A stretch of DNA of 32,000 nt from Escherichia coli (GCF_013371685.1 NZ_CP055251.1), one strand, 5' to 3'; shown: positions 10,032 to 19,936, counted from the stretch's first letter. The notes: generated from the letters alone by a model not told the origin. Translations and numbers: made by a program.

Positions 10032-11273
10032 TTATTTCGCATTAATATCCAGCAGACCCGCTGCAACCGCTGGAGCCATGCCGGGCGCTAACGGGATACG
10101 CGGGATCACCAGGCAATGCAGCAGGTGATAAATATCCTGTTTGCCGTCCCAGACTTTGGTGGTGACCTTATTGTCCGCATCCAGCTCCTGCCACCAGGAA
10201 CCATTTTCATAGTCCATCAGGTACTTAATGCAGTACTCCCACCATGTTTGATACCAGGTTTCATACTGGCGATCGCCAGTGACGGTGTAGAGCGCGTAGG
10301 CCGTACCCATTGCTTCGACGATAGGCCAACGTACACGTTCGCGGACCACCGGTTTTCCTTCCCAGTCAACGGTATAAACAATCCCGTCCGCGCCATCGGG
10401 TGCCCAGGCATCGCGCACGGTGGCGTTAAACAGACCTTTGGCATCTTCTAGCAGCCATGCTGGTGGTTGTTCGCAACGGGCTTCCAGGGCAGCATGGATG
10501 TGCAGCATTAAACGGCCCCATTCGATCCAGTGGCCTGGTGTACCTCCGAACGCGCGGAAGCGATGCGCCGGGTTATCTTTGTTGTAATCCGGCAGCGGAT
10601 TCCACTGGGTATCGAAGTGTTCGTTAACGCGATAATGATTATTTCTGGCGACGTCGTGGATAATCACGGAAGCCACGCGAATCGCGCGATCCAGCCATTT
10701 TTTGTCGTGAGTGACGTCATAAACAATCAAGAAAGCTTCCACCGCGTGCATATTGGCATTGCCGCCGCGGTACTCTTCGGTTTTGCTGAAGGCTTCGTCC
10801 CAGGATTCCAGGCACATCTGCTCTTCTTCGCTCCAGAAATATTTCTCGATAATTTCAATGGTGTAATCGAGCAGCTTGCGCGCTTCCGGGTGACCCGTTG
10901 TGACGGCGCTGGCGGCACCCAGCAGAGCAAAGAAGTGTTGATAGCCCTGTTTGGAGGCATCCACCACGCCCTCGTCATTCACGCAGGCATACCAGCCGCC
11001 ATATTTTTTATCACGCAGTGCGCCGTTCATGGCTTTGATACCGTGATCAACCAACGAGTAAGCGCCAGGTCGACCCATCGCCGCAGCAACGGAATAAACG
11101 TGTAACATACGAGCGGTGATCCACAGATGGGTGCCCATCTCTTCTTTGATTTGCCCTTTATTGCCTAACCAGCCAAAACCAGTCGGCACTACTGAATTTT
11201 TACCAAAATCAAAGATGCGGTCGGTTTCCTGTTCCAGCCAACGGTTGTGGCTTAGGGTGTTAAACCATTTCAT
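10032..11273 (-). CDS. yihS: Sulfoquinovose isomerase (AGE/N-acylglucosamine 2-epimerase fold)
   Basis: 413 aa from [29 protein letters not shown]; AGE-fold features ([24 protein letters not shown]). Confidence 0.95.
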   Translation of the reverse strand: MKWFNTLSHNRWLEQETDRIFDFGKNSVVPTGFGWLGNKGQIKEEMGTHLWITARMLHVYSVAAAMGRPGAYSLVDHGIKAMNGALRDKKYGGWYACVNDEGVVDASKQGYQHFFALLGAASAVTTGHPEARKLLDYTIEIIEKYFWSEEEQMCLESWDEAFSKTEEYRGGNANMHAVEAFLIVYDVTHDKKWLDRAIRVASVIIHDVARNNHYRVNEHFDTQWNPLPDYNKDNPAHRFRAFGGTPGHWIEWGRLMLHIHAALEARCEQPPAWLLEDAKGLFNATVRDAWAPDGADGIVYTVDWEGKPVVRERVRWPIVEAMGTAYALYTVTGDRQYETWYQTWWEYCIKYLMDYENGSWWQELDADNKVTTKVWDGKQDIYHLLHCLVIPRIPLAPGMAPAVAAGLLDINAK

Positions 11274-11289
11274 TCCTTTTATCCTCATC

Positions 11290-12168
11290 TTAGCGGCGTT
11301 TAGCCATCATTTCGTCGACGATATCGCCAAGTTGTTGTAATTTCGGTGCGCAAACGTCACGCAGCATCAGTTCGTTGTCTGGTAAACCGACGACCGATGC
11401 CCAGACTGCACGGCCTGCCAGGAATCCCGATGCGCCCGCCGTCATTGCCACGCGTACGGCACGCGGGAACAGTTTTTCGTCGACACCGGAAGAGAGGATC
11501 ACCCATGGCATATTGATATGGTCATTCAGACGTTGTGAAGCACAGAGAAGCTCTTGTTGCGGACCTTTGCCATAAAGCGGCATTTCAACTTTGTAGAGGT
11601 CAGCGCCACTGTCGCCCAGCTCTTTGGCGGCATCGATGATCGCTTGTTCGCGATCGAATTTATCGCCACGACGCGGTGGGCGGACGACTGGCTCAATGAT
11701 GCTTACCAGACCGTGTGAGTGGCACAGTTCGTTGAACTCTTTCACCATATCCAGACGTTGCTGCGCATCTTCATCACTACGCCACAGCACCAGCAGTTTT
11801 AAGGCTTTGCCACCGTCTTGTTTGATCTGTAGCGGATTGATTTTGCGGTCAATAACCACGCTATCGACCGGAATACCGTTGCCAGGAATGAACTCATCGG
11901 CGGCGACAATCATGGCGCAACTTTTGGCAATCGCGTTTTGCTCAACCACCTGGCGGTAGCAGAATTGTTGATCTACCAGAATCGCCGAGGCATAAGGCGA
12001 GAGGGCCTTTGCAGCGTTAACTTTGAAATCAGTTAAAACGCTATCGGCTACCGGAGCGGGTGCCCCAGCCGCGGCAAACATCATGCGCATGGCTTCGCGC
12101 TGATCGACCGCCAGCATGGCAAAACCGCCCGATGCGCGCGTAATGTCGTTGATGGTGTACTTATTCAT
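11290..12168 (-). CDS. yihT: Sulfofructosephosphate (6-deoxy-6-sulfofructose-1-phosphate) aldolase
   Basis: 292-aa ORF ([28 protein letters not shown]...), class I LacD-like aldolase. Confidence 0.95.
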   Translation of the reverse strand: MNKYTINDITRASGGFAMLAVDQREAMRMMFAAAGAPAPVADSVLTDFKVNAAKALSPYASAILVDQQFCYRQVVEQNAIAKSCAMIVAADEFIPGNGIPVDSVVIDRKINPLQIKQDGGKALKLLVLWRSDEDAQQRLDMVKEFNELCHSHGLVSIIEPVVRPPRRGDKFDREQAIIDAAKELGDSGADLYKVEMPLYGKGPQQELLCASQRLNDHINMPWVILSSGVDEKLFPRAVRVAMTAGASGFLAGRAVWASVVGLPDNELMLRDVCAPKLQQLGDIVDEMMAKRR

Positions 12169-12191
12169 TCATTTATTCCTTTATCCAGTCG

Positions 12192-13088
12192 TTACATTTT
12201 TACTTTGGCAGTCATCCCGGCACTGACACGGACCTGTTCCAGAATGGCGGACCAGTCCTGGCGACCGCGACCCGCTGCGCGCGCCTGGCTATAAACCTCC
12301 CGTGAGGCGGCCCCCAGCGGCATTGGCACATGCAGCTGGTTGGCGACATCAAGGGCGATGCCAAGATCCTTATGGGCAAGATCGATCATGAAGGCGGGAG
12401 AAAGATCTCCGCTGAGGACTTTGTTTGGCCAGGAAGTGGTGAAGTGACCTTTACCGGCGGCGGTACCGCTCATCACTTTGACGGCAACATCGAAGGGAAG
12501 ATTCAGGGCTTCGCACAAAACGGCGGCTTCTGCCGAAAGCGCATTGAGCGCGATGCTCATGTAGTTGTTGATGAGCTTAACGCGGATCCCCATGCCCGGA
12601 CCGCCAGCGTTGATCAACTCACTGCCCATCGCCATCAGGATCGGTGTGGCACGTTCAACTTGTTCAGCGGTGCCGCCAGCCAGCAGTAACAGAGTACCGG
12701 TAATGGCATTTGCAGAAGTACGGCCTACCGGAACATCCATCATGCTGAAGCCTTTGGCTTGCATATCGGCAATCAATTTATCGGTTTGCAGCGGATGGAT
12801 GGTGGACATATCAATGACCAGCGCATCGGTAGATAAGCCTTCGCAAACGCCGTTTTCACCGAACAACACGTTGCGCACCAGATCGCCATTCGGCAACATG
12901 GTAATGATAAATTCGGCATCTTTAGCGGCCTGCGCCGGGTTGGCGGCGGGAGTCGCACCTTTGTCTACCAGATGCCGCACAGCTTCGGCGTTCACATCAA
13001 AGACGCGAAGTTGATGCCCTTGCTGCAATAAATTGCTCGCCATTGGCGAACCCATTTGTCCTAAACCGATAAACGCGATTGCTGCCAT
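12192..13088 (-). CDS. yihU: 3-sulfolactaldehyde reductase (beta-hydroxyacid dehydrogenase family)
   Basis: 298-aa ORF with N-terminal dinucleotide-binding motif [21 protein letters not shown] and substrate motif [16 protein letters not shown]. Confidence 0.95.
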   Translation of the reverse strand: MAAIAFIGLGQMGSPMASNLLQQGHQLRVFDVNAEAVRHLVDKGATPAANPAQAAKDAEFIITMLPNGDLVRNVLFGENGVCEGLSTDALVIDMSTIHPLQTDKLIADMQAKGFSMMDVPVGRTSANAITGTLLLLAGGTAEQVERATPILMAMGSELINAGGPGMGIRVKLINNYMSIALNALSAEAAVLCEALNLPFDVAVKVMSGTAAGKGHFTTSWPNKVLSGDLSPAFMIDLAHKDLGIALDVANQLHVPMPLGAASREVYSQARAAGRGRQDWSAILEQVRVSAGMTAKVKM

Positions 13089-13249
13089 AACCCTCTCCTG
13101 AATACAGTGATGTCACTTTTTGTCATTTATGACATGCTTTGCTTGTCTGTTTTTGATCGTATTTGTAATTTATCGTCAAAAAATTGACAGCCGTCACTTT
13201 TTAAACAATTGGTGAAATTAAAATGAACGCATCCCAAAATGTTTAAGGA

Positions 13250-14152
13250 ATGACCATGATTCGTGTTGCTTGTGTAGGTATAACCGTGATGGATCGCATC
13301 TATTACGTGGAAGGGTTACCGACGGAGAGCGGTAAATACGTGGCGAGAAATTATACGGAAGTTGGTGGCGGGCCAGCGGCGACGGCAGCGGTTGCGGCGG
13401 CAAGGCTGGGGGCGCAGGTCGATTTTATTGGTCGCGTAGGTGATGACGACACGGGCAACAGCCTGCTGGCAGAGCTGGAATCCTGGGGCGTTAACACCCG
13501 TTACACCAAACGGTATAACCAGGCGAAATCTTCGCAATCCGCCATCATGGTGGATACCAAAGGCGAGCGGATAATCATTAACTACCCCAGCCCGGATCTG
13601 CTGCCTGACGCAGAGTGGTTGGAGGAAATTGATTTCTCTCAGTGGGATGTTGTGCTGGCAGATGTACGCTGGCACGACGGCGCTAAAAAAGCCTTCACCC
13701 TGGCCCGTCAGGCGGGTGTGATGACCGTTCTGGACGGGGACATTACGCCGCAGGATATCAGTGAGCTGGTGGCATTAAGCGATCACGCGGCCTTTTCAGA
13801 ACCGGGTCTGGCGCGCTTAACGGGCGTGAAAGAGATGGCCAGTGCGCTAAAACAGGCACAAACGCTCACAAATGGTCATGTCTATGTGACCCAGGGTAGC
13901 GCAGGCTGCGACTGGCTGGAAAATGGTGGGCGTCAGCATCAACCGGCCTTCAAAGTTGATGTGGTAGATACCACAGGTGCGGGTGATGTTTTTCACGGCG
14001 CTTTGGCGGTGGCGCTGGCAACAAGTGGGGATTTAGCGGAGTCAGTCCGCTTCGCCAGCGGTGTAGCGGCGTTAAAATGCACACGTCCCGGTGGACGAGC
14101 CGGGATCCCTGACTGTGATCAAACCCGATCTTTTTTGTCACTTTTTGTATAA
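13250..14152 (+). CDS. yihV: 6-deoxy-6-sulfofructose kinase (PfkB/ribokinase family); likely start at 13256
   Basis: PfkB signature VVDTTGAGDVFHGALAVAL; likely start MIRVACVGITVMDRIYYVEG (298 aa). Confidence 0.95.
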   Translation: MTMIRVACVGITVMDRIYYVEGLPTESGKYVARNYTEVGGGPAATAAVAAARLGAQVDFIGRVGDDDTGNSLLAELESWGVNTRYTKRYNQAKSSQSAIMVDTKGERIIINYPSPDLLPDAEWLEEIDFSQWDVVLADVRWHDGAKKAFTLARQAGVMTVLDGDITPQDISELVALSDHAAFSEPGLARLTGVKEMASALKQAQTLTNGHVYVTQGSAGCDWLENGGRQHQPAFKVDVVDTTGAGDVFHGALAVALATSGDLAESVRFASGVAALKCTRPGGRAGIPDCDQTRSFLSLFV

Positions 14153-14185
14153 AATGCCAGGGTGATGGTTTTTCGAGGAATTTTC

Positions 14186-14971
14186 ATGAGCCTTACCGAA
14201 CTAACCGGTAACCCGCGGCACGACCAACTCCTCATGCTGATCGCCGAGCGTGGGTATATGAATATTGATGAGCTGGCAAATCTGCTGGATGTCTCCACGC
14301 AGACGGTCCGCCGGGATATTCGTAAATTAAGCGAGCAAGGCCTGATTACGCGCCATCACGGTGGCGCGGGTCGGGCTTCCAGCGTCGTTAATACGGCGTT
14401 CGAGCAGCGTGAGGTTTCGCAAACCGAGGAAAAAAAAGCGATTGCCGAAGCGGTGGCAGACTATATTCCTGATGGTTCAACAATATTTATCACCATTGGT
14501 ACGACTGTTGAGCATGTTGCCCGGGCGTTACTTAACCATAATCATTTGCGGATAATCACCAACAGCCTGCGTGTGGCGCATATTCTTTACCACAACCCGC
14601 GCTTTGAAGTGATGGTGCCCGGCGGTACGTTGCGCTCTCATAATAGCGGGATCATTGGCCCTTCAGCGGCGTCCTTTGTGGCTGATTTTCGTGCTGATTA
14701 TCTGGTAACAAGCGTTGGGGCGATTGAGAGCGATGGCGCGTTGATGGAGTTTGATGTAAACGAAGCTAACGTGGTGAAAACGATGATGGCGCACGCGAGA
14801 AATATTCTGCTGGTCGCCGATCACACTAAGTATCATGCTTCGGCGGCGGTTGAAATTGGTAACGTGGCACAGGTCACTGCGCTCTTTACCGACGAGCTGC
14901 CGCCCGCTGCGCTAAAATCACGCTTACAAGACAGCCAAATTGAAATCATTCTTCCCCAGGAAGACGCGTAG
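14186..14971 (+). CDS. yihW: DeoR-family transcriptional regulator of the sulfoquinovose genes, CsqR (YihW)
   Basis: DeoR helix-turn-helix IDELANLLDVSTQTVRRDIRKLSEQGLITRHHGG; start at MSLTELTG gives 261 aa. Confidence 0.94.
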   Translation: MSLTELTGNPRHDQLLMLIAERGYMNIDELANLLDVSTQTVRRDIRKLSEQGLITRHHGGAGRASSVVNTAFEQREVSQTEEKKAIAEAVADYIPDGSTIFITIGTTVEHVARALLNHNHLRIITNSLRVAHILYHNPRFEVMVPGGTLRSHNSGIIGPSAASFVADFRADYLVTSVGAIESDGALMEFDVNEANVVKTMMAHARNILLVADHTKYHASAAVEIGNVAQVTALFTDELPPAALKSRLQDSQIEIILPQEDA

Positions 14972-15069
14972 ATTTTTGTGACCGTTAACCTGGCTTCATA
15001 CCTTGCCACATAGCCAAACCCATCCTTTCCCGCTACAGTTAATTTCTTGTGGCGCGAAAGGAGGCAAAA

Positions 15070-15669
15070 ATGCTCTATATCTTTGATTTAGGTAATGTGA
15101 TTGTCGATATCGACTTTAACCGTGTGCTGGGAGCCTGGAGCGATTTAACGCGTATTCCGCTGGCATCGCTTAAGAAGAGTTTTCATATGGGGGAGGCGTT
15201 TCATCAGCATGAGCGTGGGGAAATTAGCGACGAAGCGTTCGCAGAGGCGCTGTGTCATGAGATGGCTCTACCGCTAAGCTACGAGCAGTTCTCTCACGGC
15301 TGGCAGGCGGTGTTTGTTGCGCTGCGCCCGGAAGTGATCGCCATCATGCATAAACTGCGTGAGCAGGGGCATCGCGTGGTGGTGCTTTCCAATAACAACC
15401 GCCTGCATACCACCTTCTGGCCGGAAGAATACCCGGAAATTCGTGATGCTGCTGACCATATCTATCTGTCGCAAGATCTGGGGATGCGCAAACCTGAAGC
15501 ACGAATTTACCAGCATGTTTTGCAGGCGGAAGGTTTTTCACCCAGCGATACGGTCTTTTTCGACGATAACGCCGATAATATAGAAGGAGCCAATCAGCTG
15601 GGCATTACCAGTATTCTGGTGAAAGATAAAACCACCATCCCGGACTATTTCGCGAAGGTGTTATGCTAA
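15070..15669 (+). CDS. yihX: HAD-superfamily alpha-D-glucose-1-phosphate phosphatase YihX
   Basis: Start [21 protein letters not shown] gives 199 aa; HAD motifs [10 protein letters not shown] and [15 protein letters not shown]. Confidence 0.93.
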
Positions 15670-16535
15670 AAACCATTCAGGACAAAGCCAGGCACCGTAC
15701 TCGTCCACTATGGGCCTGGCTAAAACTACTCTGGCAACGTATTGATGAGGACAACATGACAACCCTGGCAGGTAACCTTGCCTATGTGTCTTTGCTCTCA
15801 TTAGTGCCGCTGGTTGCCGTTGTTTTTGCGCTTTTCGCCGCTTTTCCCATGTTTTCCGACGTCAGCATTCAGTTGCGTCACTTTATTTTTGCCAACTTTC
15901 TGCCTGCTACTGGCGATGTTATTCAGCGGTATATCGAACAATTTGTTGCCAATTCCAACAAGATGACCGCCGTTGGCGCGTGCGGGCTGATCGTCACCGC
16001 ATTATTGTTGATGTACTCCATCGATAGCGCGTTGAATACCATCTGGCGCAGTAAACGAGCGCGACCAAAAATTTACTCGTTTGCCGTGTACTGGATGATT
16101 TTAACGCTGGGGCCGCTGCTGGCAGGGGCCAGTCTGGCGATCAGTTCCTATTTGCTCTCCCTGCGCTGGGCGAGCGATCTCAATACTGTCATCGACAACG
16201 TGCTGCGTATTTTTCCGCTGCTGTTGTCGTGGATCTCCTTCTGGTTGCTGTACAGCATTGTTCCTACCATCCGCGTACCTAACCGCGACGCGATTGTCGG
16301 CGCGTTTGTCGCTGCACTCCTGTTCGAAGCAGGAAAGAAAGGTTTCGCGCTTTATATCACCATGTTCCCGTCATATCAGCTCATTTACGGCGTGCTGGCG
16401 GTGATCCCCATTCTCTTTGTTTGGGTCTACTGGACATGGTGTATCGTCTTGCTTGGCGCGGAAATTACTGTCACTCTCGGGGAATACCGCAAACTAAAAC
16501 AAGCAGCTGAACAAGAAGAAGACGACGAACCATGA
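15663..16535 (+). CDS. yihY: Inner membrane protein YihY, BrkB/YihY family
   Basis: 290-aa membrane ORF ([29 protein letters not shown]...). Confidence 0.93.
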
Positions 16536-16969
16536 TTGCATTAATTCAACGCGTAACCCGTGCCAGCGTCACCGTGGAGGGAGAAGTGACGGGCGAAATT
16601 GGCGCGGGACTTTTGGTGTTATTGGGTGTCGAAAAGGATGACGACGAACAGAAAGCAAACCGTCTGTGCGAGCGTGTGCTCGGCTACCGCATCTTTAGCG
16701 ATGCCGAAGGCAAGATGAACCTCAACGTGCAACAGGCGGGCGGCAGTGTGCTGGTGGTTTCCCAGTTTACCCTCGCCGCAGATACCGAACGGGGGATGCG
16801 CCCAAGTTTCTCCAAAGGTGCATCACCGGATCGCGCAGAGGCGTTATATGACTATTTCGTCGAACGCTGCCGTCAGCAAGAGATGAACACGCAAACAGGA
16901 CGCTTCGCTGCGGATATGCAGGTATCGCTGGTCAATGATGGCCCCGTGACATTCTGGTTGCAGGTATGA
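16532..16969 (+). CDS. dtd: D-aminoacyl-tRNA deacylase
   Basis: 145-aa ORF with [27 protein letters not shown] and [11 protein letters not shown] motifs. Confidence 0.97.
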
Positions 16970-17955
16970 GCCAGCTTCCAGGGTTGTCACGGGAAACAAG
17001 AGAGAGTATCGCTATGTATCACCTTCGGGTTCCACAAACAGAAGAAGAATTAGAGCGTTACTATCAGTTTCGCTGGGAAATGTTGCGTAAGCCCCTGCAT
17101 CAACCAAAAGGTTCGGAACGCGACGCGTGGGATGCGATGGCGCATCACCAGATGGTCGTCGACGAGCAGGGTAATCTGGTGGCGGTAGGCCGATTGTATA
17201 TTAATGCCGACAATGAAGCGTCCATTCGCTTTATGGCCGTTCACCCGGACGTGCAGGACAAAGGGTTAGGCACGCTGATGGCGATGACCCTGGAGTCGGT
17301 GGCGCGTCAGGAAGGCGTTAAGCGCGTGACCTGTAGCGCCCGTGAAGACGCGGTGGAGTTTTTCGCCAAGCTGGGATTCATTAATCAGGGGGAGATCACC
17401 ACCCCAACTACCACGCCGATTCGCCATTTTTTGATGATTAAACCCGTTGCCACTCTGGATGATATTTTGCATCGCGGCGACTGGTGCGCGCAGCTGCAAC
17501 AGGCGTGGTACGAACATATCCCGCTTAGTGAAAAAATGGGCGTGCGTATTCAACAATATACCGGGCAAAAATTTATCACCACCATGCCGGAAACCGGTAA
17601 TCAGAATCCGCACCATACGCTGTTTGCCGGGAGTTTATTCTCACTGGCAACGCTCACCGGTTGGGGGCTTATCTGGCTGATGCTGCGCGAACGCCATCTC
17701 GGCGGAACGATTATTCTGGCGGATGCGCATATCCGCTACAGCAAGCCGATTAGCGGTAAACCTCATGCGGTAGCCGACCTTGGTGCCTTAAGCGGCGATC
17801 TCGACCGTCTGGCGCGCGGACGAAAAGCACGGGTGCAGATGCAAGTTGAAATCTTTGGCGACGAGACGCCGGGTGCAGTGTTTGAAGGCACGTATATCGT
17901 TCTGCCCGCGAAGCCATTTGGCCCGTATGAAGAGGGCGGGAACGAAGAAGAGTAG
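16966..17955 (+). CDS. fabY: GNAT domain plus hotdog thioesterase-like domain protein YiiD/FabY
   Basis: 329-aa ORF: N-terminal GNAT ([20 protein letters not shown]) and C-terminal YiiD domain ([22 protein letters not shown]). Confidence 0.92.
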
Positions 17956-17970
17956 GGGCGTTTTACTTGA

Positions 17971-18003
17971 CTGAAAAGGTTTTCAATCTGAAAACCTTTT
18001 CAG
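17971..18003. terminator. Likely bidirectional intrinsic terminator between convergent fabY and the hydrolase gene
   Basis: CTGAAAAGGTTTTCAATCTGAAAACCTTTTCAG: near-perfect inverted repeat, A/T-rich stem ends, located between two convergent genes. Confidence 0.8.
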
Positions 18004-18018
18004 GGCCCAGGTCCGAAG

Positions 18019-18927
18019 TTACCTTCCCGCTCTCCAGGCAACATCCCGTAGTGCCGATCGCGCGGCCTCGCTGATACCACCTAACTGAAAAAATCCGTGG
18101 ATAACGCCAAGGTAGCGTTGGCAGGTGCATTGCACTCCTTGCCCTGTCATGCGGTGATACAACGCTTCACCTTCATCGCAAAGTGGGTCGTATTCAGCGG
18201 TAATGATATGTACAGGTGGCAAGCCATTGAAATCATCGCGCCAAAGAGGGCTGGCTTCAGGATGCCTGCGTTCAATGCCTGGCAGATACATCTCAAAGCC
18301 GCTCAGTAAAGTGTCGCGTGTGATGATGTAATCGTGACCATTGCGTATGTAGCTTTCGAAATGCGCAGTCGCATCAAGCATAGGATAAATTAAGATGAGT
18401 TGTGCCGGTTGCCACTCGCCAGCACGCTTTAATCGCAAAGCAGTTACCAGCGCCAGATGTCCGCCCGCACTGTCACCGGCAAGAGTTATACGTTGTTTAT
18501 CAACGCCGAGTCGTTCGGCGTGTTGCCAGACTATTTCTGCACCTCGTTGCGCATCATCATGGGCGGCGGGGAAAGTATGTTCCGGTGCCAGCCGATACTG
18601 GACGGCAATAACCCGACATTGCCCGTAATAGGCTAACTGGCGCAGCTGGTTGTCGTGAGTTGCGAACCCGCCGCTAACAAAACAGCCACCGTAGTAATAA
18701 ATTATCGTCGGGAGTAATGTCGGGGCATTCAGCGGCGACACTATTCGTAAGGTCATCCCTTCAAGTTCGATAGTCTGAATATCTACCCGCGTTTCTGTCT
18801 CACCCGCAAGGACAGCGCTGGCGATATAGCCCTCCCTGCGCTGCGCAATACTTTGTTGACGCGATGAGGGGCGACCCGCAGCGATAAACTTTTCGACTAA
18901 CTCTGCAATTCCTTTTTCCAGTGCCAT
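18019..18927 (-). CDS. Alpha/beta hydrolase, HSL/Aes-like esterase family
   Basis: Nucleophile motif GDSAGG, YRLAPEHTFPAAHDD block, DPLCDEG and HGF near the C-terminus. Start chosen at MALEKGIAELVEKF (302 aa); the ORF track extends to 19002. Confidence 0.85.
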   Translation of the reverse strand: MALEKGIAELVEKFIAAGRPSSRQQSIAQRREGYIASAVLAGETETRVDIQTIELEGMTLRIVSPLNAPTLLPTIIYYYGGCFVSGGFATHDNQLRQLAYYGQCRVIAVQYRLAPEHTFPAAHDDAQRGAEIVWQHAERLGVDKQRITLAGDSAGGHLALVTALRLKRAGEWQPAQLILIYPMLDATAHFESYIRNGHDYIITRDTLLSGFEMYLPGIERRHPEASPLWRDDFNGLPPVHIITAEYDPLCDEGEALYHRMTGQGVQCTCQRYLGVIHGFFQLGGISEAARSALRDVAWRAGR

Positions 18928-19014
18928 AGTAGAACTTATTTTGCTGTATGAATGTACAGTCTTATACACCCGTTTTTGCTGGATGGATACAGGGAAATTC
19001 ACGGGCGTGAAAAA

Positions 19015-19034
19015 TCTGGAAAGCGCCTCGCAAA
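19015..19034 (+). repeat. Copy 1 of the TCTGGAAAnCGCCTCGCAAA core repeat
   Basis: TCTGGAAAGCGCCTCGCAAA; one mismatch to the copies at 20248 and 20687. Confidence 0.85.
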
Positions 19035-19101
19035 TCTAAAGACTAACCCGGCAGAGACGTGGTTTTGCTGGAGCACTATCAGTAAGCTAGTGGTTTCAAG
19101 G

Positions 19102-19118
19102 GTACGTCAATGACGTAC
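19102..19118. promoter_or_regulatory. Perfect palindrome upstream of the toxin-antitoxin pair, candidate autoregulatory operator
   Basis: GTACGTCA-A-TGACGTAC, 38 bp upstream of the toxin ATG. Confidence 0.6.
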
Positions 19119-19155
19119 AAAAAGGATTGTTACTCTAAGCCAATGGCGTATAATT

Positions 19156-19467
19156 ATGCTCTTCATCGAAACGGAAATTTTTACTGAAGATGTTCAAAAA
19201 CTGCTGACCGACGATGAATTCAGTCGTTTTCAGTTTTTCCTGGCCTTGAATCCTGACTATGGTGAGGTAATACCTGAAACTGGTGGGTTAAGAAAGGTTC
19301 GATGGGTGTCAGGAGGAAAGGGGAAACGTGCTGGTGTCAGGGTTATTTACTTTCATCAGGTTAAACATTATGAGATCAGATTACTGCTTATTTATCGTAA
19401 GGGTATTAAAGATGATCTGTCTCCCCAGGAAAAAGCAATGCTCCGGTTGTTAAATACGAGGTGGTAA
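19156..19467 (+). CDS. RelE/HigB2-like toxin of a type II toxin-antitoxin system
   Basis: 103 aa: MLFIETEIFTEDVQKLLTDDEFSRFQFFLALNPDYGEVIPETGGLRKVRW...VRVIYFHQVKHYEIRLLLIYRKG; RelE-superfamily pattern with the antitoxin immediately downstream. Confidence 0.87.
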   Translation: MLFIETEIFTEDVQKLLTDDEFSRFQFFLALNPDYGEVIPETGGLRKVRWVSGGKGKRAGVRVIYFHQVKHYEIRLLLIYRKGIKDDLSPQEKAMLRLLNTRW

Positions 19468-19758
19468 ATGGATAAGGCACTTTTTGAGCGGTTGACTCAC
19501 AGCATGGCCCAGATGAATGAAATTATTGAAGGAACGCGACAGCCTTCGCGGACTTTTGAAGTTGATGCTATGAAAATCAAAGAAATACGCCGCGCTTCAG
19601 GGTTGTCACAATCTAAATTTGCCGATCTTATTTCTGTAAGCGTAGACACGTTGCGTAACTGGGAGCAGGGGCGACGTTCACCGACCGGGCCTGCAAAGGC
19701 TTTGCTGCGAGCGATTGCCAATGATCCGCAACATGTGCTGCAAGCACTTAACCGTTAG
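19468..19758 (+). CDS. NadS/HigA-like XRE-family antitoxin
   Basis: 96 aa with helix-turn-helix IKEIRRASGLSQSKFADLISVSVDTLRNWEQGRRSPTGPAKALLRA; starts directly after the toxin stop codon. Confidence 0.88.
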   Translation: MDKALFERLTHSMAQMNEIIEGTRQPSRTFEVDAMKIKEIRRASGLSQSKFADLISVSVDTLRNWEQGRRSPTGPAKALLRAIANDPQHVLQALNR

Positions 19759-19843
19759 AGGCATGGTTATGCCATACAGAAAGCACTAGCATTCAGAACT
19801 CCTGTGAAAGCGGCATAGTGGTCGCCTGCCCAGGAGTTTTGCT

Positions 19844-19936
19844 ATGACCCGTAATCGTGCTGAACGTCGCCACCCTATGATGCGATTAAAAAAACTCATC
19901 GTCGCGCTGATGATTGACGTCAATGCTATCGGATGA
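19844..19936 (+). CDS. Possible 30-aa small protein MTRNRAERRHPMMRLKKLIVALMIDVNAIG
   Basis: ORF read by eye, not in the ORF track because of its length; CAGGAG 8 nt upstream of ATG; basic N-terminus followed by a hydrophobic stretch. Confidence 0.3.
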   Translation: MTRNRAERRHPMMRLKKLIVALMIDVNAIG

